From positions 271,268-335,267 of the forward strand of contig JBNLVL010000034.1 of the NCBI GenBank assembly GCA_050618075.1: a stretch of DNA of 64,000 nt. The letters run 5' to 3'. Made by a program: the position numbers and the translations under genes. Positions within the stretch are counted from its first letter, which is position 1. Every line of letters begins with the position of its first letter. The notes below the pieces were generated by a model. The model was not told the origin of the DNA, made no database searches, and worked only from the letters and a program-made list of their open reading frames with translations. The stretch is from Myxococcota bacterium (GTDB taxonomy: Bacteria; Myxococcota_A; UBA9160; UBA4427). Shown piece after piece: positions 25,177 to 34,111 of the stretch.

Positions 25177-25545
25177 TCAGCCGTCGAGCCGTCGCAGCCG
25201 CAGGACGTTCCCCGGGCGGACCAGCGCTTCGAGCCACGCGGTCAGCACCCGAAGGCCTCGCTGAGGCCGTCCTGCCTCGAGGATCACCCGCTCGCCCGCC
25301 TCGAGGTCGACCTCCACCTCGGGCGACCGGCCCCAGTCGATCCGGACCTGCACGCGGTGGCGCCCGGGCGGAACGCAGAGCTGCGTGGTCCGGCCGAAGG
25401 CCACCGCACCGGCCTCGTGGCCGTCGACGCGGATCGAGAGGCGCCGGAGGGCTGCGATCCAGTGGCGCGTACGCCGGACCTCGATGCAGGCGAGCGGCGC
25501 GGGCTCCGGATGCCGGGCGCCGGGTGCTTCGTTCGCGGGCTTCAT
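25177..25545 (-). CDS. Hypothetical 122-aa protein, ATGA-coupled to the Rhs gene (candidate immunity/partner)
   Basis: ATG 25543-25545 overlaps the Rhs stop (TGA 25542-25544). AAGGAGGAG SD lies inside the Rhs 3' end. Beta-rich pattern RVDGHEAGAVAFGRTTQLCVPPGRHRVQVRI. Confidence 0.6.
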   Translation of the reverse strand: MKPANEAPGARHPEPAPLACIEVRRTRHWIAALRRLSIRVDGHEAGAVAFGRTTQLCVPPGRHRVQVRIDWGRSPEVEVDLEAGERVILEAGRPQRGLRVLTAWLEALVRPGNVLRLRRLDG

Positions 25546-28500
25546 GAACTCCTCCTTCGGGACCGGCTCGTCCGACGCGTGCGGGCGAGCGCGAGAACGG
25601 CGACCCACGGCGCGACCTCGAACCCCAGTCCGCAGGCGGGGCCGCCCACCTGGAGGGAATCGACTGTGCCGTCGATCACCATGTAGGCCCGGCTCGGGGC
25701 GTGCCACCGGGCCGGTCCGGGACGCCTGTAGCCTTCCACCTCTCCGGGACGGATGTCCATTCCGGCGTCGGCCGAAGGCGAAGATCCGTCGGGCCCGCCG
25801 TCCCTCGGCACGATGAGCGGGCTGAACTCTTCGATGAACTGGCCGAAGCCGACCCCCTGGCGCCCCGTCGACATCTGGTAGATGTGGTTGGCCACCGAGA
25901 AGCCCAGCAGAGAGCCAGCGGCGCTGCCCAGCGGGCCTCCGGCTTCGAAGCCGACCGCTCCGCCGAGGAGGGTCATGCCGCCGATGAAGAGGCCCCACGC
26001 GTACTGGGAGCTCGGCGTCGATGGCGCCGTGGGGCGGGCCTGACGACCGTCCGGGTCCCAGAACGAGACCGGATTGCCCTGCGTGTACGCGTACTGGTTG
26101 ACCAGCTGGTGGATCGGGTCGGGCGCCAGGAAGGCCGCCGCATCCGGATCGAGGACGCGGTGGCCGAGCACCAGCAGACGCCCGGCGCGCAGCCCGCGGG
26201 CGAAGTCGAACGGGTCTTCCTCGGAGCCCAGCTCGGCCCGCGCGCCGTAGGCGCCGTAGAGCAGGTAGCGGACCACCTTCCCGTCATCGTCCGAGACCAG
26301 GTGCACGTTGCCGCGGAAGTCGTAGTGGCGGAAGAGCCGCTCCCCGGTGCGGAGATCGGACCGAACCTCGGCGTGCTGGATGGCGCTCGGCTCGCCGTCG
26401 GCATCGGCCTCCACCCGTCCCCCGAAGCGATAGCGCACGACTTCGGCGCCGATCCGGCGCCAGAGCGGCCGCCCCGAGGTGTCCCACGCGAACTCCGTGT
26501 GCCCGCCGATCCCGCGGATGCGGCCGGCGCCGTCCCAGTCGATGGACTCGCCGTCGCGCTCCACCACGAAGCCGCCGTCGTCGTAGTTGTACGTGTGGGT
26601 CCGCTCCGCGCAGGGGGCCGGTGCATCGATCCCGAGCAGCCGATTGCGTTCGGCGTTGAAGAGCGCCGTCACCGACTCGTCCTCCTCCTCGCACGTGAAG
26701 CTGCTGCGATTGGAGAGCTGATCGTAACGGTGGAAAGTGTACTCCGCGGAGTCGGGCTCCCGGCTGAAGAGCAGCCTCCTTCCCACCGGCTCCGCGGAGG
26801 GGCCGATCTGGCCGGTCTCGAAGAGCTCCTCTGCGGGAACCGGCTGATCGCTCGCGATCAGGGCCCACGACAGGCTGCGAAGGCAGGTCCGGGCGGCGCA
26901 GATGGTTCCATCCGCGCGCTCGTAGAAGCGCTCGGCCAGCGGCCCGCCGCCCCCCACGGGTCGCAGCGACGTCTCGGTGATCTCGCCCGTGGTGGGGTCG
27001 TAGTCGGCCGTGTACTTGAGCCCGTTGGCGTAGCGGGTCCTCGTGAGCAGGCCGTCCACGTAGGTCCGATCGAGCAGGGTCTCGCCATCCTCGAGGAGCT
27101 CGACCTCACGGTCGGCGAGATCGTAGCGGCGCTCCAACGCCGTCAGCACGGAGAGCTCCGGTCGCAGGTACCGCTCGGCGACGATCCGCGAGCGCGCGTC
27201 GTAGTCGAGCCACAGCTGCTCGCCCTCCGGAAACACGATGATCGCGAGGCGCCCGGCGGCGTCGTACACACGGTGCTCGGTTCCAGGCCGAAGCGAGTCG
27301 GACAGCGCGACCAGGCGTCCGCCCTGGTAGCTCCGCACCTCGTCGGACTCCAGGACGCCGTCGCGCAGGACGGCGTGGCGCACGACGCGGCCGAGCGGAT
27401 CGTACTCCCACTCTTCACGCATCCCGTTGGGGCGCTCGATGGCCGTGGTCCGACCGGCCGTGTCCAGCTCGATGTGCGTGGTCTTCCAGGCTCCGTCGAC
27501 GCGGTCGCGCCGGGCCACGACCCGCCCCAGCGCATCGTAGTCCCACTCGCAGTCGCCCCCGAACGGACGCCGCATGCGCAGGGGGCGGCCGTCGCTGCGA
27601 TAGTCGATCTCGAGCCAGAGCGGATCGTCGGGGGAGAACGCGAACTCCTGCGCGACGAGCTCGTAGCCGATCGGGTTGCGGTCGCCGTCGTAGCGCACGC
27701 TGCGGATGCCGCCGCCGCCGTCGCGCGCCGCACCCCAGGGATCGGCTCCGGTGGTCCGGTTGCCCACCCCGTCGAACTCCAGGTCGCGCGGATCTCCGAC
27801 CAGGTCGACGGCTCGGGCGTGCCCCCGAGCGGTGTAGTCCTGGTACAGGAGGGATCCGCCGGCGACGCGGTTCACGCGGCGGAGCATCTCGTCTCCGCCG
27901 TACTCGAGGGTCGCTGACTCGCCCTCTCCGTTGCCGAGCTCGACGAGCCGGCCTACGGCGTCGTAGCGGCGGGTCTCGATGGCGCCGAGGTCGTCGTGGA
28001 TGTTCGCGATGGGCGTCGACTCCGGCGCCTCGCGGTCGACCGCGTCCCGGGCGTACTCGAAGCGCACCACGTTGCCCGACGGCTGGATCTCGCTCGTCAC
28101 GTCGTCGTTCTCGAGGGTCCAGCGAGTGACGAGGCCGTCGGCGTCCGTCCGCGAGACCGGACGCACGCCGACCCAGGTCGTGGTCTGGCGGTTGCCGAGG
28201 GGATCGACCGTCTCGCGCAGACGACCCCGGTCGTCGGAGGTGTACGACCACGCGCCCCCCAGGACATCGACGAGGTCGACCCGGTGGAGCCCGTCCACCA
28301 CGTCGCCCCAGACGATCCCCACCGTCGGATCCGTCTCCCCGACCTGGCGTGCGATCACTGGACGACCGTTCCGGTATTCGAACTCGAAGCGCTCCTCTTC
28401 GGAGGTCCGGATCGAAGCCAGCTGGCTGCCCGCGTAGGTGTAGCGGAAGCCCGGCCAGCCCTGCTCCATGTCCAGGGGATCCCGGGCCGCCTCGAGGCGT

Positions 28501-29198
28501 CCCTCTGCGTCGTAGCTGAAGCGCGCCCGACGACCCGCCCCGTCCAGCAGCCAGAGAATGCGGCCGGCTGGATCGCGATGGACCGTGACCAGGGGGTCGA
28601 GGGCGCCCCCGACGCGCTCCTGGACGATGCGTCGAAGCCGCAGCCCGGCCTCGGTGTCGCCGTACTCGAACAGCAGCCGAGGCAGCGCCGAGCTCGTCCA
28701 CCGGACCTCGGCGAGCTGACCGCTCGCGACGTCGAAGCGGTGCAGCAGACCGCCCTTGGTCTTCAATGCATTCCCGGAGACGACCACCCAGTGGGTCCCG
28801 GGGAGGGCGCCCCCGGGCGGCACCGCCGCCGCGTCGTGGCGCGCTCCCGTCGCGTCGGTGAAGACGGTCCCGTCGAAGTGCAGCTCGAAGCTCCAGCGCC
28901 AGGCCCGGTCCGCGGAGTTCCAGACGGCGCCCACGCGTTGGCGGCCGAGCTGGGAGTCGACCACGAGATCGGTGCGCTCGACGGTCAGGTTGGCCGTGGC
29001 CAGGTTGATCTCCGCCCCGGGCACCTCGACGACGGCGGCCCGCTGGTAGTCCGGAGTGCCCGCCACGGGTGTGATCGCTCCGTCTCCACATCGACTTCCC
29101 AGCAAGGTCACGGCCAACAGGGCCAGCCCGCCGGCTCGCAGCACGCCGGCTCGCAGCACGCCGAGTTCGGCGGCAGAAGTGGGTCGGTCTCCCAACAT
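25542..29198 (-). CDS. Rhs / YD-repeat protein with N-terminal signal-like segment and atypical C-terminal extension
   Basis: 1218 aa. Many YD repeats (SYDAEGRL, RYDAVGRL, DYDALGRV, EYDPLGRV, VYDAAGRL). Core-end motif NQYAYTQGNPVSFWDPDG. N-terminus ends ...GGLALLAVTLLGSRC. Confidence 0.9.
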   Translation of the reverse strand: MLGDRPTSAAELGVLRAGVLRAGGLALLAVTLLGSRCGDGAITPVAGTPDYQRAAVVEVPGAEINLATANLTVERTDLVVDSQLGRQRVGAVWNSADRAWRWSFELHFDGTVFTDATGARHDAAAVPPGGALPGTHWVVVSGNALKTKGGLLHRFDVASGQLAEVRWTSSALPRLLFEYGDTEAGLRLRRIVQERVGGALDPLVTVHRDPAGRILWLLDGAGRRARFSYDAEGRLEAARDPLDMEQGWPGFRYTYAGSQLASIRTSEEERFEFEYRNGRPVIARQVGETDPTVGIVWGDVVDGLHRVDLVDVLGGAWSYTSDDRGRLRETVDPLGNRQTTTWVGVRPVSRTDADGLVTRWTLENDDVTSEIQPSGNVVRFEYARDAVDREAPESTPIANIHDDLGAIETRRYDAVGRLVELGNGEGESATLEYGGDEMLRRVNRVAGGSLLYQDYTARGHARAVDLVGDPRDLEFDGVGNRTTGADPWGAARDGGGGIRSVRYDGDRNPIGYELVAQEFAFSPDDPLWLEIDYRSDGRPLRMRRPFGGDCEWDYDALGRVVARRDRVDGAWKTTHIELDTAGRTTAIERPNGMREEWEYDPLGRVVRHAVLRDGVLESDEVRSYQGGRLVALSDSLRPGTEHRVYDAAGRLAIIVFPEGEQLWLDYDARSRIVAERYLRPELSVLTALERRYDLADREVELLEDGETLLDRTYVDGLLTRTRYANGLKYTADYDPTTGEITETSLRPVGGGGPLAERFYERADGTICAARTCLRSLSWALIASDQPVPAEELFETGQIGPSAEPVGRRLLFSREPDSAEYTFHRYDQLSNRSSFTCEEEDESVTALFNAERNRLLGIDAPAPCAERTHTYNYDDGGFVVERDGESIDWDGAGRIRGIGGHTEFAWDTSGRPLWRRIGAEVVRYRFGGRVEADADGEPSAIQHAEVRSDLRTGERLFRHYDFRGNVHLVSDDDGKVVRYLLYGAYGARAELGSEEDPFDFARGLRAGRLLVLGHRVLDPDAAAFLAPDPIHQLVNQYAYTQGNPVSFWDPDGRQARPTAPSTPSSQYAWGLFIGGMTLLGGAVGFEAGGPLGSAAGSLLGFSVANHIYQMSTGRQGVGFGQFIEEFSPLIVPRDGGPDGSSPSADAGMDIRPGEVEGYRRPGPARWHAPSRAYMVIDGTVDSLQVGGPACGLGFEVAPWVAVLALARTRRTSRSRRRSS
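29131..29160 (-). repeat. Perfect 15-bp tandem duplication (CCGGCTCGCAGCACG x2) inside the Rhs signal region
   Basis: Read directly from the sequence. It encodes the duplicated pentapeptide in ELGVLRAGVLRAGG. Confidence 0.9.
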
Positions 29199-29311
29199 CG
29201 TCCAGCTCCACCGGGACTCAGGGGCGAGCGGGATGTCGGAGACAGACTAGGCCGCGAGGCGGGCGGAGAACCTCAAATTCTGCTCGGATCGAGGGGGAGG
29301 GCGGGCGGAGA

Positions 29312-30157
29312 TCAGGCCTTCTCGCTGCGCAGCTTGCGGAAATCGGGCTCCCGCTTCTGGAGGAAGGCCATGACGGCCTCGATGTTCTCGGGAGACCCCG
29401 CCTGCTGCACCATGCCGGCGTTCTCGGCCTCGCGCGCCGCCTGGATGCCGGCGCGATGGGCGGCCATCAGGCAGCGCTTCGTGGCCTGCAGGGAGCTCAC
29501 GGGCCAGCGCGCCATCTCCCGGGCCTTCGCCAGGACCGCCTCCAGGAGCTCGTCGTCCGGGTAGGCGCGCGCGGCGATCCCCACCTCCACGGCGCGCTCG
29601 GCCCCGACCCACTCGGCGGTGAAGAAGAGCTCGGCCGCGCGCTGCTGTCCGATCGTGGCCTGGAGCAGGTAGCTGCTGGCGGCTTCGGGGACCAGGCCGA
29701 GGCTCACGAACGGCATGCGCAGGCGAAGCCCCTGACCGACGTAGACGAGGTCGCAGTGGTACAGGAAGGTGGCGCCGATCCCCACGGCCACGCCCGTGGC
29801 GGCCGCGAGAAGCGGCTTGTCGAAGGCGCAGAGGGAGTCCATGCACTGCTGGAAGGGATGGGCCTGGATCCCCTCCCGGGCCGTCGCCCCGTCGCCGGCG
29901 CCCTCGCCGGCCGGGTCGCCGGCCGGCATGAACGAGGAGAGATCCTGGCCGGCCGAGAACTCGCCCCCGGCTCCGGTGACGACCACCACCCCGACGTCGG
30001 GATCCTCGCGCGCCTCGTCCAGGGCGTCGCGGAGCTGGATCCACTGCGCATCGTCGAAGGCGTTCTTGCGTCGCGGCCGGTCGAGGGTGAGCAGCAGCAC
30101 GCCGTCGGCGAGCTCTCGGCGGACACGGCGCTCCTCGTCGCTCGGTCGTTCGCTCAC
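29312..30157 (-). CDS. Enoyl-CoA hydratase/isomerase (crotonase family)
   Basis: 281 aa with LLLTLDRPRRKNAF and VVVTGAGGEFSAGQDL. GTG start overlaps the upstream stop (GTGA). Confidence 0.9.
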   Translation of the reverse strand: MSERPSDEERRVRRELADGVLLLTLDRPRRKNAFDDAQWIQLRDALDEAREDPDVGVVVVTGAGGEFSAGQDLSSFMPAGDPAGEGAGDGATAREGIQAHPFQQCMDSLCAFDKPLLAAATGVAVGIGATFLYHCDLVYVGQGLRLRMPFVSLGLVPEAASSYLLQATIGQQRAAELFFTAEWVGAERAVEVGIAARAYPDDELLEAVLAKAREMARWPVSSLQATKRCLMAAHRAGIQAAREAENAGMVQQAGSPENIEAVMAFLQKREPDFRKLRSEKA

Positions 30158-31800
30158 GCCTGGGCGCCGGCCTGGGCCCGCGCCGCGGAGAGCTCGCTCG
30201 CGAGCTTCTTCGAGCCCTTGTAGTCCGCCTTGCCGTTGGGCCCGCGGAACACCTCGTCCACGACGTACACTTCCTTCGGGACCTTGTAGCCGGCGACCAG
30301 GGTGCGTGCGTGCTCCTGGACGGCCTTCTCACCCGGGTCCGAGGCCGAGTCCTCGATCGAGACCAGCGCGACCACGCGCTGCCCCCACTTCTCGTCGTCG
30401 ACGCCCACGACCACGGCGTCCTTCACCGCCGGGTGGGAGACGAGGGCGTTCTCCACCTCCTCGATGAAGATCTTCTCGCCCCCCGAGTTGATGCAGACCG
30501 AGCCGCGGCCGTAGAGCTTGACGGTTCCGTCCTCCATCACCTCGGCGATGTCCCCGGTGATCGAGTAGCGCTCGCCGCCGAGAGTCACGAAGGTCTCGGC
30601 GGTCTTCTTGGGGTCGTTGTAGTAGCCCATGGGGACGTGCCCCTTGAGGGCCACGCGACCGCGCACCCCCGAGCCGGGCTTCACGATCTGGTGGTCGTCG
30701 TCCAGGACCACGGTGCGTTCGTTCATCTGGAAGGAGAGCCCCTGTCCGAAGCTCTTCGTCTCGGCCCCCGAGCCCTGCCCCTGGTACCCGGTCTCGGTGG
30801 AGCCGTAGCTGTCCAGCAGCATCGTGTTCGGGAGCTGGGCCTTGAGGCGCGCCTTCACCGGCTCGGAGAAGATGGCGCCCGCCGAGCCGATCGCGAACAG
30901 CATCTTGATCTCGTGGCGGCCGGTCCCGGCGTTGCGCTCCAGGGCCTCGGCGATGGGCCTCGCCATGGCGTCGCCCACGATGGAGAGCGAGTTCACGTTC
31001 TCCTCCGCGAGCAGCCGCACGACGTCCTCGGCGTCGAAGCGCGGCTGCATCACCAGCTTGTTGCCGGCGTTGAAGGCGATGAAGGTCGCGAGCTGCGCGG
31101 CGCCGTGGATGAGCGGTGGAGCCGCCATCATGGTGAGCTGCATGGGCGCGTTCTTCGCCCGCTCGACGAGCTCCTCGACGCTCTTCACCGGGTTCCCGCC
31201 CTGGGGATCTCCGCCGGCCATGCCGGCGAAGAAGATGTCCTCGTGGCGCCACATCACACCCTTGGGCATGCCCGTGGTGCCGCCGGTGTAGATGATGAAG
31301 AGGTCGTCGCCGCTGCGCGGCTCGAACACCCGCTCGGGACTGCCCTCGGCGAGGGCGGCGCCGAACTCCACCGACCCGATCGCCTCCACGTCGGCCCCGC
31401 TGCCGTCCTCGACGTGGACGAGGGTCTCCAGGGCCGGACACTCGTGCTTCACGGCGGCGATGCGCGGGGCGAACTCGCGGTGGTGGACCACCGCCTTCAG
31501 GTCGGCGTTGTCGAACAGGTAGCGGAGCTCCTCCTCGACGTACCGGTAGTTGATGTTGATGGGAACCGCGCCGAGCTTGAAGCACGCGATCATGGTCGTC
31601 ACGTACTCGGCCGAGTTGTACATGTAGGTGCCGACGTGGTCCCCGCGCCCGACCCCGCGCGCCTCGAGCGCGTGGGCGAGCTGGTTGGCCCGGCGTTCGA
31701 ACTCCGCGTACGAGTAGCGCTGGTCCCCGCACACGAAGCACTCGCGATCGGGGATCGCGTCGGCCATCGCCTCGAAGATGTCGGCCATCTGGAAACTCAT
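30154..31800 (-). CDS. Acyl-CoA synthetase (AMP-forming, FadD-like)
   Basis: ATG 31800 (MSFQMADIFEAM...) with a GGGAGAG SD. AMP-binding motif IIYTGGTTGMPKGV. The upstream part of track ORF 30154..32298 is another gene's shadow frame. Confidence 0.9.
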   Translation of the reverse strand: MSFQMADIFEAMADAIPDRECFVCGDQRYSYAEFERRANQLAHALEARGVGRGDHVGTYMYNSAEYVTTMIACFKLGAVPININYRYVEEELRYLFDNADLKAVVHHREFAPRIAAVKHECPALETLVHVEDGSGADVEAIGSVEFGAALAEGSPERVFEPRSGDDLFIIYTGGTTGMPKGVMWRHEDIFFAGMAGGDPQGGNPVKSVEELVERAKNAPMQLTMMAAPPLIHGAAQLATFIAFNAGNKLVMQPRFDAEDVVRLLAEENVNSLSIVGDAMARPIAEALERNAGTGRHEIKMLFAIGSAGAIFSEPVKARLKAQLPNTMLLDSYGSTETGYQGQGSGAETKSFGQGLSFQMNERTVVLDDDHQIVKPGSGVRGRVALKGHVPMGYYNDPKKTAETFVTLGGERYSITGDIAEVMEDGTVKLYGRGSVCINSGGEKIFIEEVENALVSHPAVKDAVVVGVDDEKWGQRVVALVSIEDSASDPGEKAVQEHARTLVAGYKVPKEVYVVDEVFRGPNGKADYKGSKKLASELSAARAQAGAQA

Positions 31801-31826
31801 CGTATCTCTCCCGGAAGAAATGGGTT

Positions 31827-32291
31827 CTAGTAGACGCCGCCCAGCTTCCCGTGGTCCCAGCTCACGAACCTGTCGGGCTCGATCACGATGGCGGTCTTCT
31901 TCGGAGCCATGGCCCTCGAGGCCTTCTCGATCACTTCTTCGCCCAGCTCGGGCGTGTTGCGCCTGAGGACCTCCATGTGGAGGCGATGGACGTCCTCGAC
32001 GTCCCGGATCAGCCGGGCTCGCCCCCGGATCTGCACGGCCTTGAGCTGCTCGTAGACGTCGCCGTCCTCGAACAGCAGGGTCACCCGCGGATCGCGCTCC
32101 AGGTTCTTCACCTTCTGGGACTTGGTGAAGGTCTCGAGCACGATCTTCCCGTCGACCAGCCCGAACCAGAGGGGCACGAGGTGCGGCGCGCCGTCGGGTC
32201 CGATGCTCGCGAACTGCACGGTCTTCTGGCTCTCGATGAAACGCCAGATCTCGTCCTCGCTCATCACGATCTGATCGCGACGTTTGGGCAT
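31827..32291 (-). CDS. Pyridoxamine 5'-phosphate oxidase-family (PPOX-class, possibly F420/FMN-dependent) protein
   Basis: 154 aa. The call rests on the split-barrel pattern ...TVQFASIGPDGAPHLVPLWFGLVDGKIVLETFTKSQKVKNLERDPRVTLLFE.... Confidence 0.7.
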   Translation of the reverse strand: MPKRRDQIVMSEDEIWRFIESQKTVQFASIGPDGAPHLVPLWFGLVDGKIVLETFTKSQKVKNLERDPRVTLLFEDGDVYEQLKAVQIRGRARLIRDVEDVHRLHMEVLRRNTPELGEEVIEKASRAMAPKKTAIVIEPDRFVSWDHGKLGGVY

Positions 32292-32441
32292 GGCTCACTC
32301 CGTGGCCGACCGCCCCACGCGCGGCGCGGGCGTCGGCGTCATGGGTGGGTCGTGTGGCTGACTTCCCCCAGCCTGCGGCGTACGGCGGCCTGAACTCGAT
32401 TCAAACGCCGTTCGGCCGGACCGGATGCATCCGCACCAGAT

Positions 32442-32455
32442 TAGAACACGTTTCA
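32442..32455. promoter_or_regulatory. KstR-type TetR operator-like box TAGAACACGTTTCA
   Basis: Fits TnnAACnnGTTnnA at all 8 fixed positions. It lies in the divergent region between the PPOX-fadD-ech operon and the secreted-protein gene. Confidence 0.45.
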
Positions 32456-32548
32456 TCCCGGCCGTCACCTTTGTGAAACCCCGTCGAGGCGATTCCGGTT
32501 ATGGTGTCCCCTCGAAGCCACGACGCCGTGCTCGATGGAGGGGGAACC

Positions 32549-33034
32549 ATGACACCGGCTCGAATCCGCCGACTCTCGCTCACGCTGCTCACCGCGCTCT
32601 CGATGCTGGCGGCGGTGACGGTCCACGCCCAGCTCGCGGCGTGGGACCAGGAGCGCGTGACCGCGGCGGCCCACGATTTCTCGCAGTCCGCGGGGAAGGT
32701 CTACAGCGAGCTCTACCGGAACCAGGTCACCTACACCATCGGCTCCGGGCAGTCCAAGGACTACCAGCGGCTGCGGGACAAGGTGCGGGTGATCCGCTCC
32801 GAAGCGCGCCGGCTCACCCGGCAGCTCGAGAAGGGCAAGGGCCGCGATGCGACCCTTCCCATCTACGAGCGCATGATGGTCGACGTGCGCGACGCCCGGG
32901 AGATCGCACGGCGGCTCAATCTCGGTGAAGCGCTGCTGAACAAGATCGGGGCCGCGGGCGATGCCCTGCGTCGGCTGGGCCCCTACTACGACCCGAAGGC
33001 CAACCAGAACCCGGAGGCCCCGGCCTCCGAGTAG
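32549..33034 (+). CDS. Secreted all-helical hypothetical protein (161 aa)
   Basis: ATG 32549 with a GGAGGGGG SD. Signal peptide MTPARIRRLSLTLLTALSMLAAVTVHA/QL. Confidence 0.6.
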   Translation: MTPARIRRLSLTLLTALSMLAAVTVHAQLAAWDQERVTAAAHDFSQSAGKVYSELYRNQVTYTIGSGQSKDYQRLRDKVRVIRSEARRLTRQLEKGKGRDATLPIYERMMVDVRDAREIARRLNLGEALLNKIGAAGDALRRLGPYYDPKANQNPEAPASE

Positions 33035-33064
33035 CGGCCGCAGCCGCCGGCGTACGGGCGCGGC

Positions 33065-33982
33065 TCAGCCCTCGGAGGGCGAGACGCGCATGGCGCGCAG
33101 ACGGATCCCCAGCGGCCCCCGGGGCACGTCGAAGGTCAGCATCCGGCCGTCCCGCTCGACCTGCACCCGCACCCGCTCGCCCGGCTCGCCGGCGGCGATC
33201 TCGTCGATGAGCTCGGTCCGCCGGAAGACCGGCGTTCCGGCGTAGCCCGTGATCCGATCGCCCGACTGGAGGCCCGCCGCACCGGCCGCCGACCCGTCGA
33301 TGACGTCGAGCACGACCACCCGGTTGGGCTGGCCCGTGGCGAAGAGCATGAGGTCGTAGCGGTCGACGCCGAGCTCGGCCACGAGGGCCGCATCGAGCGC
33401 GCGGCTCTCCTTGCGGAAGCGGAGCTTCTGGCGCCATCCCTCCCGGGAGGCCCGATCGCTGAGGCTCATCTTCTCGAGCTGGTGCTCGGACCAGCGCTTG
33501 CGCAGCGCCTCGATCTCGGAGTCGCCGAGCCCGAGCGCGGCGAGGGCCTCCTCGTCGAACCAGGGACGCAGCTCGGGGGCGCCGGCAGGCGCGCCGGAGC
33601 TCCCCGGGCGGCCCGTCGCGGCCGCGGCGGATCCTCCGGCCGGAGCTCCTGGCCGCGCCTCCGCCACCGCGGAGGCTCCTCCACCCTCGGGCAGCGCCTC
33701 CTCCAGGCGCGCGAGCAGGCCGAGCTCGAACACCTCCTGGCGAAGCTGCTCGACTTCGCCGGCGAGCTGCTGACGCGCCCTCCGCTCGGCGTCGAGCTCG
33801 GCGGTCAGCGCCTCGATCGCGGGCACCGGCTCGCCGGCGGGCGCGGCGGGCTCCCCGGCGGACGTCCCCAGCCAGGACGTCGCCACGGCCCCCGCGGCCC
33901 CCGCTCCCACCAGGGCGGCGAGGACGACGGCGGCGCGCCGGAGGTCGATCCGGTCGGAGCGATGGGGGAAGGGCTCGTTCAC
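33065..33982 (-). CDS. Membrane-anchored coiled-coil protein with a C-terminal PDZ domain
   Basis: 305 aa. TM segment AAVVLAALVGAGAAGAVA, coiled coil AELDAERRARQQLAGEVEQLRQEV, and PDZ-like VVVLDVIDGSAAGAAGLQSGDRITGYAG. Confidence 0.7.
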   Translation of the reverse strand: MNEPFPHRSDRIDLRRAAVVLAALVGAGAAGAVATSWLGTSAGEPAAPAGEPVPAIEALTAELDAERRARQQLAGEVEQLRQEVFELGLLARLEEALPEGGGASAVAEARPGAPAGGSAAAATGRPGSSGAPAGAPELRPWFDEEALAALGLGDSEIEALRKRWSEHQLEKMSLSDRASREGWRQKLRFRKESRALDAALVAELGVDRYDLMLFATGQPNRVVVLDVIDGSAAGAAGLQSGDRITGYAGTPVFRRTELIDEIAAGEPGERVRVQVERDGRMLTFDVPRGPLGIRLRAMRVSPSEG

Positions 33983-34111
33983 GAAGTCTCCCGGTTCCCT
34001 ACGAGGGCCGAAGGCGCCCGGCGGTTCCGAGAGAGTAGGGGACCCGGGGAGCGCGGCGCGGCGGGCGGGATCGCTTTACAAGCGGCACGCCACGGGTCAG
34101 ACTGAACCAGG

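Noticed and set aside
25542-29198. Rhs locus as a mobile element or genomic island
   Set aside because: There is no integrase, transposase, tRNA or flanking direct repeats, and no visible compositional break relative to the neighbours.
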